In this document: positions 1 to 10,441 of the stretch, piece after piece | Layout of the letters: each line of letters begins with the position of its first letter | Numbering within the stretch: the stretch's first letter is position 1 | IMG/VR virus record: IMGVR_UViG_3300028534_000003 | Span: 33,090 to 97,089 of that record | DNA: 64,000 nucleotides | Origin: a virus | Taxonomy: Duplodnaviria; Heunggongvirae; Uroviricota; Caudoviricetes | Strand: one strand, 5' to 3' | Made by a program: the position numbers and the translations under genes | Notes under the pieces: generated by a model | Database searches by the model: none | Seen by the model: only the letters and a program-made list of their open reading frames with translations | Told to the model about the DNA's origin: nothing

Positions 1-1
1 T

Positions 2-3000
2 AAGGTAGTTGCAGAGGAGCGAGCTAGTAAGGCTGAAGCAGAGATTAAAGAAACAATCAGAGCTAAAGGTAATGTGTACGGTGAAGACAACACAGATGAA
101 GGTGCAATTGGTGAGATTAAAAAGAGAGTTAGCAATGATGAAGAGTTCTACAGCGAACTAGAGAAAGATAAGCAAGATAGGGTAAGTAAACTGTTCGAAG
201 TAGAGAATGGTAGAATAGTAGCAGCTAAGCCAGGCACAACAGCCAAAGAGATTGAAGAAGTAATGGAATGGGCTAATGAGTACGGTAAAGAGTTAGAAGG
301 CAGTCAAGCAGCTAAAGAAGCAGTTGAAGAGTTAACAGGGCCAACAGTAAAGATGATGCTAACAGAGGCTAAAACAGCAGAAGTAGAAGCTAACGGAGTT
401 AATGAAAAAGTAGCTGAAGAATTAGCTGACAAAGTAGTTAACAAGGACACAGCTAAGCTAGATGAGATACTGAATAGTAATGCAGATGATAAAGAGGCTA
501 AGGTTGAAAGCTACCTTAATAAGTTGTTGTACAATGAAGATGGTACAAGGTTGAACGGGGTTAATGATGCAGTAGAGAAAGCAGTTAGACGAAAGGTAAC
601 TGAATACGTTAGTAAGTTCAATAATGATGGAATAGACGTAATGGAAGACGCTAATGCAGAAGTTAAGAGTGAATTAAAAGCAAAAACTAGGCCAAGTAAG
701 AAGAACGTTAAGAACAAGGTTAGACATGCTGAATGGGTATCAAGTGAAGCACTGACTGAAGTAATGAATAATGGGTTAAACCCAGATGACATTAGATTCC
801 ATACAGATAGCACAAAAGACAGGACTACAGTAATCAATAAGCTGGATAAGAATGCTAGTAGTAAAACAGGAGTAGGTAAGGTACTGAAAGAGGTTGGTAG
901 CAAGATAGAAGCAGTTACAGCCAATTATGATAGTGATAAAGTTAATGAAGTGTTCAAGGACAAGCCAAATAAAGATGAGTTAAACAGAATGGCACTGATA
1001 GCTATTAACACTATTAACGGAGCAACTGCAACTGATACAGAGCAACGGGCTAGAATGGTAAATGATGGTACAAGTCCAATAGAGTTAAATGAAAATGAAT
1101 ACTGGGCATCACACGAAGGTATAGTAACACAGGCTGGTAAAGATTGGTATACAAGCTTAGGTATCAAGGTAGAGGGAAGTAAAGAATACGTACTACGAGA
1201 GTACAGAAAAGCTGGTGAGTTGATGCTAGACATACTGACTAAAGCAGGGATAGCTGAAGTTAGTGAGAATGAAATGCTAATACCAATAAGTGATAACATG
1301 GTTACAGCTGATGGTAATAGAATTGGAGTTAAAGCTAATGGTACTGTTAACACTGGTGGAGTAGCTACAGGTACAGTTGAAGATAAGTTAAGTGGGGCTA
1401 AGAAATTAGCTAAAGTAGAACGAGGAGTTAGACTAACTGATAGTAATAATGCAATAGATGAAAACTCAGTAGATACAGTTAAGACAGTAATACCATACAG
1501 AAGTGAGATGGGTGATGCAGTTAAGAGACTAGTTAAGTTGGTAATGCCAGCTAATAGAGAGAAGCCAGGCCATGAGAAATATAATGGTGAGATGAAGATA
1601 GCTGATGGGATCACGCCAACAGATGACAATATAGAGACAGTAGATACACTAGAGGATAGGCCACTAACAATACAAACTAACAAGATACCACTAATGATGA
1701 AGCTGAAAGAGATGAGAGATAATAGCTCAACAGGGTTAGGTGGATTAGTTAGAAAAAATAAGTGGCTAGCTGAGTTAATGGGAATGGAGAATACAAAATC
1801 AGAACTACTGTCAGCAAGTGAAGTAGGGATTAACAATACAAAGCTACAGATAATGAATGATATGTTAGACATACTAGATGAGTTCGTAGAAGAAGTTGAT
1901 GGTGAGTGGGTAGCTAAACCAATGTACTTCGAGTACCAAATAGATGTCAATAACAGGATATCACTGGTGAATACAATACTGAACTTCCAACACGATAGTA
2001 AGTTAAGTAGATTTATGTTAACTAGTACAGAGAAGATGGAAATAGGTGATGCCACAAGTGATGATAGAGTAGTGCAGGCTAAAGCAGTGATTGAAGACGC
2101 AGGAATAGCTAAAACAGCTAAAGACTATGAGATACTAGTTGATGCATTGGTAAATGGTACAATGGATACAGGTAACAAAGAGGCTGATGTGCTATTGGAT
2201 CACATATACAAGATGTACAAACTAATGGAGACTAAATCACCAGAGTACATAGCTAAGATGCTCATGAGCCAAACTAAGCCAGATGCAGTACTAGGTAAGT
2301 TGAATAAGAAAATATTCAAAGCAATGAACGTAGTTGAAGAGATTGGTAAGATGATTGACAGCAAAGGTGATAGCTACACTAGTGAGTACATGGTTGAGAT
2401 GGATGCAAGTGCATCAGGTGTGTTCATAACAATGATGAACATACTAGGACGAAACCCAGATGTAATTAAAAGACTACTAACACAATTGAATGTAGGATTT
2501 GATGGCAAAGAAGTTGACAGAGAAACACTGATGGATGCATACAAACTACTAGAGAATAAGGTACTACAAGCAATAGATGAAGATACAATAGTGATTGGTA
2601 GTGAGTTAGACAGTGAAGTTAAGACTAATGAGATAGAAGAGCTACTAAAAGAGTTAGGTGAAGCTGGAATAGATACAAGAGAGATGGCTAAACCAGTAGT
2701 AATGACATGGTTCTACTCAGCTGGAGATACATCGATAGTAAGCAACTTAGTTGGTGAGACAATACAGAGTATAATACGAGCTGCTACAAGTAACGATAGT
2801 AAGAATAAAGATGCTGCGCTGAAGCACATCAGTAGGATACTAGGTAAAGAAGTGGATGCTAAATACGTACGAGAGATTAAAGCTAGAAGCAAAGACCACA
2901 AGAAATTGGTTAAAGAATACAGCAAGATTGGTGAGAAATACGTAGAACAATTAGGTAATGCATTCCCAGAGGTGACCGATTACAAAGCTGAAATGGCTGA

Positions 3001-5113
3001 GATGTATGATGAGTTGGTAGAGATAGGTAAAGTTAACGGTAAAGACTACTTCAATGGCAAACTAAGAACTGCAAGTGGAATGATAGAAGGCGGTAGCAAA
3101 GGATACACGTCAGTGTACAAGGCTAAAGAAGTTGCACTAGATGCTGATGGTAATCAGAAGAGAGAGATGGGATTACTAAGTGAGATGTCAAGTGACAATC
3201 CACTACTAGCTACAGTACAAGACATGCCAAACTCAACATCACTGCTACCAGTAATGACACATACAGCTGATGCATACCAACTGTTCGAAGGATTGAAAGC
3301 ATTCATAGGTGACAGTAAGCATGGAGTAATGACAGTGCATGATGCATACTACGGATACGTACGAGACTTAATGAAAGCTCAAGAAGCATACAATAAAGCA
3401 GCAGTAACACTAGCAACTAAGTTCGACATGGTTGAGGTGATGATAGATGCAATGAGACGAACAGCTAATGACATGCTAACAGATAAAGAAGGAAAAACAG
3501 TTAACGAGATTAAAGCACTAGAAAGTGCTGCAAATAGCTTAATTGAGTTAGCAGATAAGAAAGCCAAAGAGAATGCTGATAGGATGACGAAGAAGGAACA
3601 AGCACTAAAGAAAGCCAGAGTAAAACTACTAGGTGTTAGTAAAGCTGACACAGCAACTGGAGATGAAGTTAAGATACTAAGTGGGTTGAAGACAAGCAAT
3701 AGTGATAAAGAGAAGGTCGAAGATAAAAGTGAGCATAAGAGCAGAAGAGAGACAGCTAAAGAGTGGTTAAATACTACGATGTTCGATACAGAGGCTACGC
3801 TACATGGAGTTGAAGAAGGCAGTGGTGCGACAGTACATCAGATTGGATACATGACTGCTGGTGGTAAGAGTGGTACAATATTCGTAGGTGATACAATAAC
3901 AGATCCAGCAGAGTACTACGGACCAAATGAAGATGCAGAGTCAGCTAAGGCTAATGGATTGATGACATACGAAGCGTACCTAGAGCAACGAGAAGATCAA
4001 AAGATAATGACGATTGATGAGGCTAAGGCTAAGTTACTAGAGTTAGGTAAAGATGGGTTAACTGGATTCAATAACAAGCACTACGATGGTAGAATGCTTA
4101 ATGAACTGTTCAATAATGATGCAGAGATAGCTGAGTTAATGGAGAATAGTAATGATGTTGCAATTATGCTATTAAAAGAAGGTGGTAGCTACGAAGGTAA
4201 GCAAGTTGATTACGCAATAGTAGCTGGAGTTGATACAAGAGGAGCTCACAAGGCTGAAGACGATGCTAAGATGCTACAAGGTGTGCTGAAAGCAGTTAGT
4301 AATGGAATAATAGAAGATAATGATAACATCAAAGAGAAAGCAATTAAAGCTGCATTCAATAGACTAATTAGTGGTGGAGACTTGAGCAGATACATACACG
4401 AAATAGGACAACTGAATGGTGAGTTGGTTAAAGGGCTAGAAGAAAATCAAAGCTTATCAGATGCAGAAATGGTGTGGTTCGATAAGATTGATGAGTTAGG
4501 ACTTAGTGACGAGTTAGTTGAACAGATAGATGGTGCTAGTGCATTCACAGTTGATGGTAAAGTATACATTAGCAAACATGCTGCAGTTGATAATGGTAGC
4601 ATGTTGGATGTGATTAACCATGAGTTAGTACATACAGTGGTAGATAAATACGTACGAGCTAATAGTGATGCAGCTGAAGTTAAATACATGCAGAGAGTAC
4701 TGGATAGATTAAGTAACAAAGAGATTGATAGTACTAGCAGGTTAGGATACATAGTAGAGATGTACAAGCAAGATAAAGTACAAGGTGTGCTAGAACTGTT
4801 AGCAGTGTACAATGGTGAAGGCAAGGATGAGTTGGTTAATCAGATTGATAATGAGTTGAATCCAGGGATAGCGTCAAAGCTGTACAGTATGCTAGTTAGT
4901 GTAGTTAATCAAGCAATAGAATGGCTAAATGGTAAGAGCTACGATGAAGCTATTAGTGAGCTAGGTGATGAGATAGATAGTGTGGGATTAGCTAGAGCAC
5001 TAGAGATAGCAACAAGACAAGCAGTTGAACTGCAGAAGACAAAGAGAAACGTAAAAGTTGATAGTAAGGTTACAGACGCTATAATAGCTAAGATAAAAGA
5101 GAAAGGTTGTTAA
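2..5113 (+). CDS. Virion-encapsidated giant RNA polymerase (N4 vRNAP-like), 5'-truncated by the window edge. The frame is open from nt 2; the GTG at 74 in the ORF track is not the true start.
   Basis: T7-type RNAP motifs in the translation: motif A VEMDASASGVFITMM, motif B REMAKPVVMTWFYSAG (R..K..MT..Y..G), motif C TVHDAYYG. Size is over 1700 aa. It is the last gene of the + strand block next to the replication module, as in N4-like phages. There is also an HELVH (HExxH) motif near the C-terminus. Confidence 0.7.
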   Translation, partial: KVVAEERASKAEAEIKETIRAKGNVYGEDNTDEGAIGEIKKRVSNDEEFYSELEKDKQDRVSKLFEVENGRIVAAKPGTTAKEIEEVMEWANEYGKELEGSQAAKEAVEELTGPTVKMMLTEAKTAEVEANGVNEKVAEELADKVVNKDTAKLDEILNSNADDKEAKVESYLNKLLYNEDGTRLNGVNDAVEKAVRRKVTEYVSKFNNDGIDVMEDANAEVKSELKAKTRPSKKNVKNKVRHAEWVSSEALTEVMNNGLNPDDIRFHTDSTKDRTTVINKLDKNASSKTGVGKVLKEVGSKIEAVTANYDSDKVNEVFKDKPNKDELNRMALIAINTINGATATDTEQRARMVNDGTSPIELNENEYWASHEGIVTQAGKDWYTSLGIKVEGSKEYVLREYRKAGELMLDILTKAGIAEVSENEMLIPISDNMVTADGNRIGVKANGTVNTGGVATGTVEDKLSGAKKLAKVERGVRLTDSNNAIDENSVDTVKTVIPYRSEMGDAVKRLVKLVMPANREKPGHEKYNGEMKIADGITPTDDNIETVDTLEDRPLTIQTNKIPLMMKLKEMRDNSSTGLGGLVRKNKWLAELMGMENTKSELLSASEVGINNTKLQIMNDMLDILDEFVEEVDGEWVAKPMYFEYQIDVNNRISLVNTILNFQHDSKLSRFMLTSTEKMEIGDATSDDRVVQAKAVIEDAGIAKTAKDYEILVDALVNGTMDTGNKEADVLLDHIYKMYKLMETKSPEYIAKMLMSQTKPDAVLGKLNKKIFKAMNVVEEIGKMIDSKGDSYTSEYMVEMDASASGVFITMMNILGRNPDVIKRLLTQLNVGFDGKEVDRETLMDAYKLLENKVLQAIDEDTIVIGSELDSEVKTNEIEELLKELGEAGIDTREMAKPVVMTWFYSAGDTSIVSNLVGETIQSIIRAATSNDSKNKDAALKHISRILGKEVDAKYVREIKARSKDHKKLVKEYSKIGEKYVEQLGNAFPEVTDYKAEMAEMYDELVEIGKVNGKDYFNGKLRTASGMIEGGSKGYTSVYKAKEVALDADGNQKREMGLLSEMSSDNPLLATVQDMPNSTSLLPVMTHTADAYQLFEGLKAFIGDSKHGVMTVHDAYYGYVRDLMKAQEAYNKAAVTLATKFDMVEVMIDAMRRTANDMLTDKEGKTVNEIKALESAANSLIELADKKAKENADRMTKKEQALKKARVKLLGVSKADTATGDEVKILSGLKTSNSDKEKVEDKSEHKSRRETAKEWLNTTMFDTEATLHGVEEGSGATVHQIGYMTAGGKSGTIFVGDTITDPAEYYGPNEDAESAKANGLMTYEAYLEQREDQKIMTIDEAKAKLLELGKDGLTGFNNKHYDGRMLNELFNNDAEIAELMENSNDVAIMLLKEGGSYEGKQVDYAIVAGVDTRGAHKAEDDAKMLQGVLKAVSNGIIEDNDNIKEKAIKAAFNRLISGGDLSRYIHEIGQLNGELVKGLEENQSLSDAEMVWFDKIDELGLSDELVEQIDGASAFTVDGKVYISKHAAVDNGSMLDVINHELVHTVVDKYVRANSDAAEVKYMQRVLDRLSNKEIDSTSRLGYIVEMYKQDKVQGVLELLAVYNGEGKDELVNQIDNELNPGIASKLYSMLVSVVNQAIEWLNGKSYDEAISELGDEIDSVGLARALEIATRQAVELQKTKRNVKVDSKVTDAIIAKIKEKGC

Positions 5114-8013
5114 TGAACTGTGTACAAGAATTAAGAGACGAAATGGTAAAAGCTGTGTTGGATAAGAATCCATATACAGCTAATCCATACAGATCAGTGA
5201 TGGCATCATTAGATGGCAAACTAACTGAAGATGAGTTACAAGAAGTACTGAATACAATTGGTAATGAGTTACTATGGACTGGTGATAGAATAGTTGACCA
5301 AGATGGTAATGAAGTAGTAGTTGAGGTTAGAGATGGTAAAGTTAGTAAGTTCGGAGGAGTGTTCACTGAGAAGTCAATGGAAATGAACAAGTACGCTAGT
5401 TACATGCTGATAGGTGCAGGTAATAGGTTAGAAGAGCTGTTCGGACCAAAGATAGCTAAATGGCATGAGAGAGCCATGGAACGAAGTAAAGTGTACAGTA
5501 GAACTACTGAGCTAATAAAGACTGGATTAAGTGATTCAAAGACATACAAGAGCTTAAAGGCATCACTGTTCCTAACTGATGATATCGATAGAGAGAAGCT
5601 AAGTGAATGGACTACAATGGCTGAGACAATAGCAAGAAGAACATATGAGTTGCTAGATAGAGAAATGCCTAAGCTGGAAGCTAAGATTAATAATATGGAA
5701 TTAAGTGAAGCTGAGAAAGAAGACATTGGAAGATTGTTTGGTGATACAGGGTTCGGAGTGCTTAATGATATACCAGGATTGCTAGAGAAGATAGAGAATG
5801 GTGAAGACTTACAAGAGTTGATAGATGGATTAAAGCTAACTGATGTAGAGAAATCATACGCAAGACAGCTAAAAAGATTCTATGAAGATAGATTAGTAAA
5901 TGCTGAAAACATACAAAATGATATGGGTGATAGTAAAGTTGGTGCCGCAGTTGCCATGCAAATGATGATGAGTAATGATGGTAAGCTATTGAAGCTAATG
6001 AGAAAGCTAATGAAGAAGTATCCAAAAGAGTACTTAGAGCTAAGAGGATTAGCTGCTAGTAATAGGGCACTAGTTGAGGTTATAAATAGAAATAGGAGCG
6101 GTACAGTGTTTGGTGATGGATCAGGAGTGGTGTATAATGGTTACAATGGTAATAACATAATGGATGTATACGAACGGGTACAAGAGTTCAGGCCAGTTAC
6201 ACTAGAAGATATGCGTAAGAAAGAGTACCAACACAGCTCATGGCGAGTAATACGAGAACCAAAGAAAGGTCAGTTAGGGGTAATAGCTAGAAATGCGACT
6301 AACTCATACATGGAAGGATTGGGGCTGAATAATGATAGATTCCTCAATGGTGTAATAGTTAGTAATGAGTTGGTTAATAAAATGACTGATAAGATGAGTA
6401 AGAAAGATAAAGAGAAGTGGTTAGTTAGTAATAACATAGTTATGGATAGAGATAATGGATTCATACGATACACAGTTAAATTGAATAACGATGAATTCAC
6501 CAAAGCTGGTGGAGTAAAGAATGCTGCTCAGATGCTATACAGAACATACGTACACAATCAAGGATTGGTTGAGACAGATACAGTAAGGAAGATGGTAGCA
6601 GATTCAATGACATACAACAATGATGAATTAGCTAAGATAGAAACAATGCTAGAGTTCAACGAACAGAAAGGTGTAAAAAAGAAATACATCAAACCATTCA
6701 TCAACACAACAATGCCGTATAAGTTGATGAAGAAGAGGTATCCAAGAGTAGCTAAGATGTTCGAGCCAGCTAATGGAGTTACTAAGTATGGTGATATGGA
6801 TAAGAAGTTACGATATGTACGAATTGATATGAGTGATATGGTAGTTGGATACAATCAAGAGTTACTGTTCAAAGACTCACAACCAGGATTACAAGCTGCA
6901 GAAATGCTATACAAGCAGATGGTACAATTACTGAAGATCAAGTTAGCAGTTAATAACCCAAAGAAGTTATTGATGGATTCAGTGGCAAATACAGGTGTAC
7001 TATTATCGGTTGATGTGCCAATAATGGACATAGTGAAAGGCTACAAAGAAGGACCAGGTAGACTGCAAGAGATAAGTAAGCTAGAAGGCGATTTAGTTGG
7101 ATTGAAGTTAGAGTTAGCAATGAATCAGAATAGTGCGATTAAGACAGCTAAGATACAAGAGAAGATCAACAAGATAACTGAAGAACTAAATGAATACATA
7201 GAGTTGAAGTACGGATTCATACAGTCAATGGGTACAAGTATGATGATAAAAGAATTCGATACAGTTAGTGGGTTGCAGTTGAGTATAGATAAAGCAATTG
7301 AATACATGGTTAAAGACAAAGAAGGTAATCCAACAGAGATACATAAAGCAGTTGTATGGTGGATGAATGCAGGATTCAGTATAGAAGATATAATAGATGT
7401 AGTTACAAAGAGAGCTAAAGATAAGAACAGTGGATTCACAAAAGAATTAATTGATATGGGTAATACATTACGAAGTAGTAAGGTTAAAGGCCATGAAGAT
7501 ACAGTTAAGTACATAGGGCAAATAATAGGAGGACCAAATAGTGAAGCCACTAGACAAGGTGGTAGAGTAATGGTTGGAATGGATGCCATAATGAAGAGAA
7601 TACTAACAGAGTTCTTCAGAGACAATGAAATTAAGAGATACGAGAAAGAGATTGGTAGGAGAGTTAATGAGAAAGAATATGCTAAGATAGAGCTAAAGGC
7701 TGCTACACAAGCGATGGATATGGGAATAGATTATAGATTGAACTTACCAGAGCAGATTAATAAGGCAAGTAACTATGGTGTACTTATGTTCCCGTCATTC
7801 TGGATGAGAATACAACCAGTAATATACAGATTAATCAAGTACAATCCAATCAACGTACTAAGTGGTTATGCAATAGCATGGATGCTAGGATTGAATAACG
7901 GTAGTATAGTTGATTCGAGTATACCTATTAAAATGACTGCAGAAGGGTTAGTACACCCATTACAGGATGTACTAACAACTGAAACATTTATACTTGGTGC
8001 ATCAGCACTATAA
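5113..8013 (+). CDS. Large hypothetical protein (about 966 aa) directly downstream of the vRNAP, possibly virion-associated or ejected. The ATG at 5113 overlaps the vRNAP stop (TAATG).
   Basis: Long uninterrupted ORF that is translationally coupled to the vRNAP gene. The translation is charged and K/E-rich. I recognise no catalytic motif. Confidence 0.55.
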   Translation: MNCVQELRDEMVKAVLDKNPYTANPYRSVMASLDGKLTEDELQEVLNTIGNELLWTGDRIVDQDGNEVVVEVRDGKVSKFGGVFTEKSMEMNKYASYMLIGAGNRLEELFGPKIAKWHERAMERSKVYSRTTELIKTGLSDSKTYKSLKASLFLTDDIDREKLSEWTTMAETIARRTYELLDREMPKLEAKINNMELSEAEKEDIGRLFGDTGFGVLNDIPGLLEKIENGEDLQELIDGLKLTDVEKSYARQLKRFYEDRLVNAENIQNDMGDSKVGAAVAMQMMMSNDGKLLKLMRKLMKKYPKEYLELRGLAASNRALVEVINRNRSGTVFGDGSGVVYNGYNGNNIMDVYERVQEFRPVTLEDMRKKEYQHSSWRVIREPKKGQLGVIARNATNSYMEGLGLNNDRFLNGVIVSNELVNKMTDKMSKKDKEKWLVSNNIVMDRDNGFIRYTVKLNNDEFTKAGGVKNAAQMLYRTYVHNQGLVETDTVRKMVADSMTYNNDELAKIETMLEFNEQKGVKKKYIKPFINTTMPYKLMKKRYPRVAKMFEPANGVTKYGDMDKKLRYVRIDMSDMVVGYNQELLFKDSQPGLQAAEMLYKQMVQLLKIKLAVNNPKKLLMDSVANTGVLLSVDVPIMDIVKGYKEGPGRLQEISKLEGDLVGLKLELAMNQNSAIKTAKIQEKINKITEELNEYIELKYGFIQSMGTSMMIKEFDTVSGLQLSIDKAIEYMVKDKEGNPTEIHKAVVWWMNAGFSIEDIIDVVTKRAKDKNSGFTKELIDMGNTLRSSKVKGHEDTVKYIGQIIGGPNSEATRQGGRVMVGMDAIMKRILTEFFRDNEIKRYEKEIGRRVNEKEYAKIELKAATQAMDMGIDYRLNLPEQINKASNYGVLMFPSFWMRIQPVIYRLIKYNPINVLSGYAIAWMLGLNNGSIVDSSIPIKMTAEGLVHPLQDVLTTETFILGASAL

Positions 8014-8138
8014 TGCTAGTAGGGAATAAATTACAAACCCTACTAGAATAACTACTAATACCCAAAATGCTGCATATGCAACAAACAATGATAATATGAT
8101 AACTAACGTAATAGCAAAACTACGTAGATTATGCAGTG

Positions 8139-8612
8139 TCACGAGTCAAACCTGTCAATAATGGCCTGTAACTTAGCTTCAGGGCCAATAAAGTTATCAG
8201 GCTTAGTTACCTTGCCAGTACTGTCTTTAGTACCAAGCTTAGCTAAATTAGCGTTGTGCACTGCTTGTAATCCATCAACCATAGCAGCTGGAGTAGCTCC
8301 GAATTTATGAAGCTCACCAATTGTTATATATAGTGAGTCAAGTAATGCATCGAACTGATCAACAGTAGCTACAGATGATTTAGGTGTGTCCTTGATTAGT
8401 AATCGAGCAGTTCCACGTGGGTTTGCTGCTCCAACTAATTCAAGTGATTCCTCAATAATCATAGCTGCTGCTGAGTTAGGATCGAATTGACCACGAGGGT
8501 TATCCCACTGTGATTGATTTATACGCACAATGTCCTCAAATAGGTTGAATAATTGCTTCTTGTGTTGCAAGTTACACCTCCCTAAGTAATAGTAAACGCT
8601 GTAACTCACCAA
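8139..8612 (-). CDS. MazG-like nucleoside triphosphate pyrophosphohydrolase (all-alpha NTP-PPase)
   Basis: 157 aa with an EESLELV..A acidic helix and an overall MazG/HisE-like pattern. It sits in the nucleotide-metabolism neighbourhood. Confidence 0.4.
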   Translation of the reverse strand: MVSYSVYYYLGRCNLQHKKQLFNLFEDIVRINQSQWDNPRGQFDPNSAAAMIIEESLELVGAANPRGTARLLIKDTPKSSVATVDQFDALLDSLYITIGELHKFGATPAAMVDGLQAVHNANLAKLGTKDSTGKVTKPDNFIGPEAKLQAIIDRFDS

Positions 8613-8832
8613 GCTTCAATAGATTATCTACTTGAGTAGATTCAATTGTAGTTGGTTGTAACAATGTATTGTTAATTATATCATCAATTAATCCTATATT
8701 ATGCTTATTTCTAGAATAATTAGCAGCTTCATCTTGTGTGTCAGACTCATCATGTTCATCTTCTTCCTCAATAAGCTGTATCATTCTAAGTAAGTCATAT
8801 AATTCCTCTTCAGTTAAAAATTTATTCATCAA
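8572..8832 (-). CDS. Hypothetical acidic protein
   Basis: 86-aa ORF with an acidic stretch (EEEDEHDESD). Confidence 0.35.
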   Translation of the reverse strand: MMNKFLTEEELYDLLRMIQLIEEEDEHDESDTQDEAANYSRNKHNIGLIDDIINNTLLQPTTIESTQVDNLLKLGELQRLLLLREV

Positions 8833-10006
8833 GTTCCTTTTCGCTCTGATTGAGCATTTTAATATTAAAGATAGAACGAGCTATCTCACCAAATTCACTA
8901 TGATAAGTAATTGACTTAGCCTGCCCTATAGTTCCACGGAACCCCATAGATTCTGCCCATTTATCACGAGGTGTTATGTTCTTGTGCACTTCTACAGTAC
9001 AAAGAGTTCCTTCAGTTGTATGGTTAGAGTGCAAGTGTCCGAAGTGGAAATAACGGTATTCAGACTGGCTAAATATTTCTTGGTTATCATATACCAATAC
9101 TTCGCCAGCTTTAGCCGGCTTAAGTTCATGTCCATGCGTAAACCCAAGAATATTTTTACCAAATACATGATATTGCTGGGCTACATGGTCTGTCTTAACT
9201 ATCACACGTGGCTCATCCTTATACCAAGCTGATAAGAAAGCTTTTAGGTATATGGATACATCTTCAGAGTGATTACCAGCTACTGAATAGAAATAAACAA
9301 ACTGGTGTTTAGTTAAAGCCTTATCAATTAACGCTCTAGTTATATCAAATGATGCATTAATTATTTTTGACATACGCCCATCAGCATCAAGTTGATGCCC
9401 AGATGTTGTTGTATTACTGTTATCTGAGAAATGGAGAAAATCTCCTAAGTCAGTTATTACAGCGAATTGAGATGATGGTGATGATTCAACTAGTGAATCC
9501 ATAGCACCAAGCACCCATTCAGTAGCGTGCTTCAAGTCCCAATTGTAGTTGTGGTTTGACTCACTACCATGAATTAATAAGCCAAAGTGTAGATCTGGTA
9601 ATGGGTAAAAAGTAGTTAATTCACTACTATTAAACTGTGGCGGTGCTACTGGTGAATAGTGGCTAACTAATGATTCAGTTATTGACTCGACAGCAGTTCG
9701 AAAAGATTCAAGAGAGTCTTCTTTAGCTACGTCAGATTTCACCCACTGTAGTTTGATGTTACCATCAGCATCATATAGTGTTGATGAGCCCTTAAGGACT
9801 TCACCGGACTGAACTGAATTACCAGAGTCCAATGGTAGTTGGCCTTTGGCTTTCAGTCGAGCTCGCCTAAGAGATATAGATGGCAGACTGATGTCGGCAT
9901 CATATAGCTCCTTTGCAGCTGCTTGGATGTCATTTAAGTGGACATGTTGTTTACATAATTCACTAAATTGATCACGGGTTAGTTTCATTTGGATACTCCA
10001 ATTCAA
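8822..10006 (-). CDS. Calcineurin-like metallophosphoesterase (possible DNA-repair nuclease or phosphatase)
   Basis: Metallophosphatase motifs: DLGDFLHF (GD..D), GNHSED (GNHE), HGHE. Confidence 0.55.
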   Translation of the reverse strand: MNWSIQMKLTRDQFSELCKQHVHLNDIQAAAKELYDADISLPSISLRRARLKAKGQLPLDSGNSVQSGEVLKGSSTLYDADGNIKLQWVKSDVAKEDSLESFRTAVESITESLVSHYSPVAPPQFNSSELTTFYPLPDLHFGLLIHGSESNHNYNWDLKHATEWVLGAMDSLVESSPSSQFAVITDLGDFLHFSDNSNTTTSGHQLDADGRMSKIINASFDITRALIDKALTKHQFVYFYSVAGNHSEDVSIYLKAFLSAWYKDEPRVIVKTDHVAQQYHVFGKNILGFTHGHELKPAKAGEVLVYDNQEIFSQSEYRYFHFGHLHSNHTTEGTLCTVEVHKNITPRDKWAESMGFRGTIGQAKSITYHSEFGEIARSIFNIKMLNQSEKELDE

Positions 10007-10250
10007 TGATACGATCTATGTACCATTTAGCTTTCTGTAGATCTTCTACACCATTTTTGCGTTTATAACGAGTTACGTATTTGATAACACTGCCCTCATG
10101 GAATGACAAGTTGTTGGCTTCAATGAATTCAATCGGTTCGATTGCTGTTTCATAGTGATTACCACCAACTTGTGGTTTAGGCTTGCTGTTGATGAACTGT
10201 TGTTCTAAAATAATCGCTTCTGGGCTCATGTTATACCCTCCACTATCCAA
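9972..10250 (-). CDS. Hypothetical protein
   Basis: 92-aa ORF in an operon context. Confidence 0.35.
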   Translation of the reverse strand: MDSGGYNMSPEAIILEQQFINSKPKPQVGGNHYETAIEPIEFIEANNLSFHEGSVIKYVTRYKRKNGVEDLQKAKWYIDRIIELEYPNETNP

Positions 10251-10441
10251 TCAGGCATAGAATCAGTGTCAACTTTAGTGTCTGTAGAGTCAGATGCCCA
10301 AATACTAGTAGGTGATTTACCAGACTCAAATTGTTTAGCCGCTAATTGCTTAGCTTCATCAGGTGAACTAGCTTCAACTTCATACGTTGCTAAATCTACT
10401 GAATATACAAGTATCTCTACTCGTACTTCATACTTTTTCAT
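10226..10441 (-). CDS. Hypothetical protein
   Basis: 71-aa ORF overlapping its neighbours' start and stop. Confidence 0.35.
   Translation of the reverse strand: MKKYEVRVEILVYSVDLATYEVEASSPDEAKQLAAKQFESGKSPTSIWASDSTDTKVDTDSMPDWIVEGIT

Noticed and set aside
74-76. GTG at 74 as the start codon of the 1679-aa ORF
   Set aside because: The same frame is open back to nt 2 (KVVAEERASKAEAEIKETIRAKGN...). The gene runs off the window, so this start is an artefact of the ORF finder.
511-8013. Minus-strand ORFs inside the two big plus-strand genes (511..924, 925..2055, 2713..2925, 3379..3699, 4447..4824, 5088..5390, 5400..5726, 5762..6025, 6270..6503, 6558..6854, 7125..7625)
   Set aside because: The L/S/T-rich low-complexity translations are typical of the antisense frame of A/G-rich coding DNA. 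They are fully embedded in long, motif-bearing sense ORFs.
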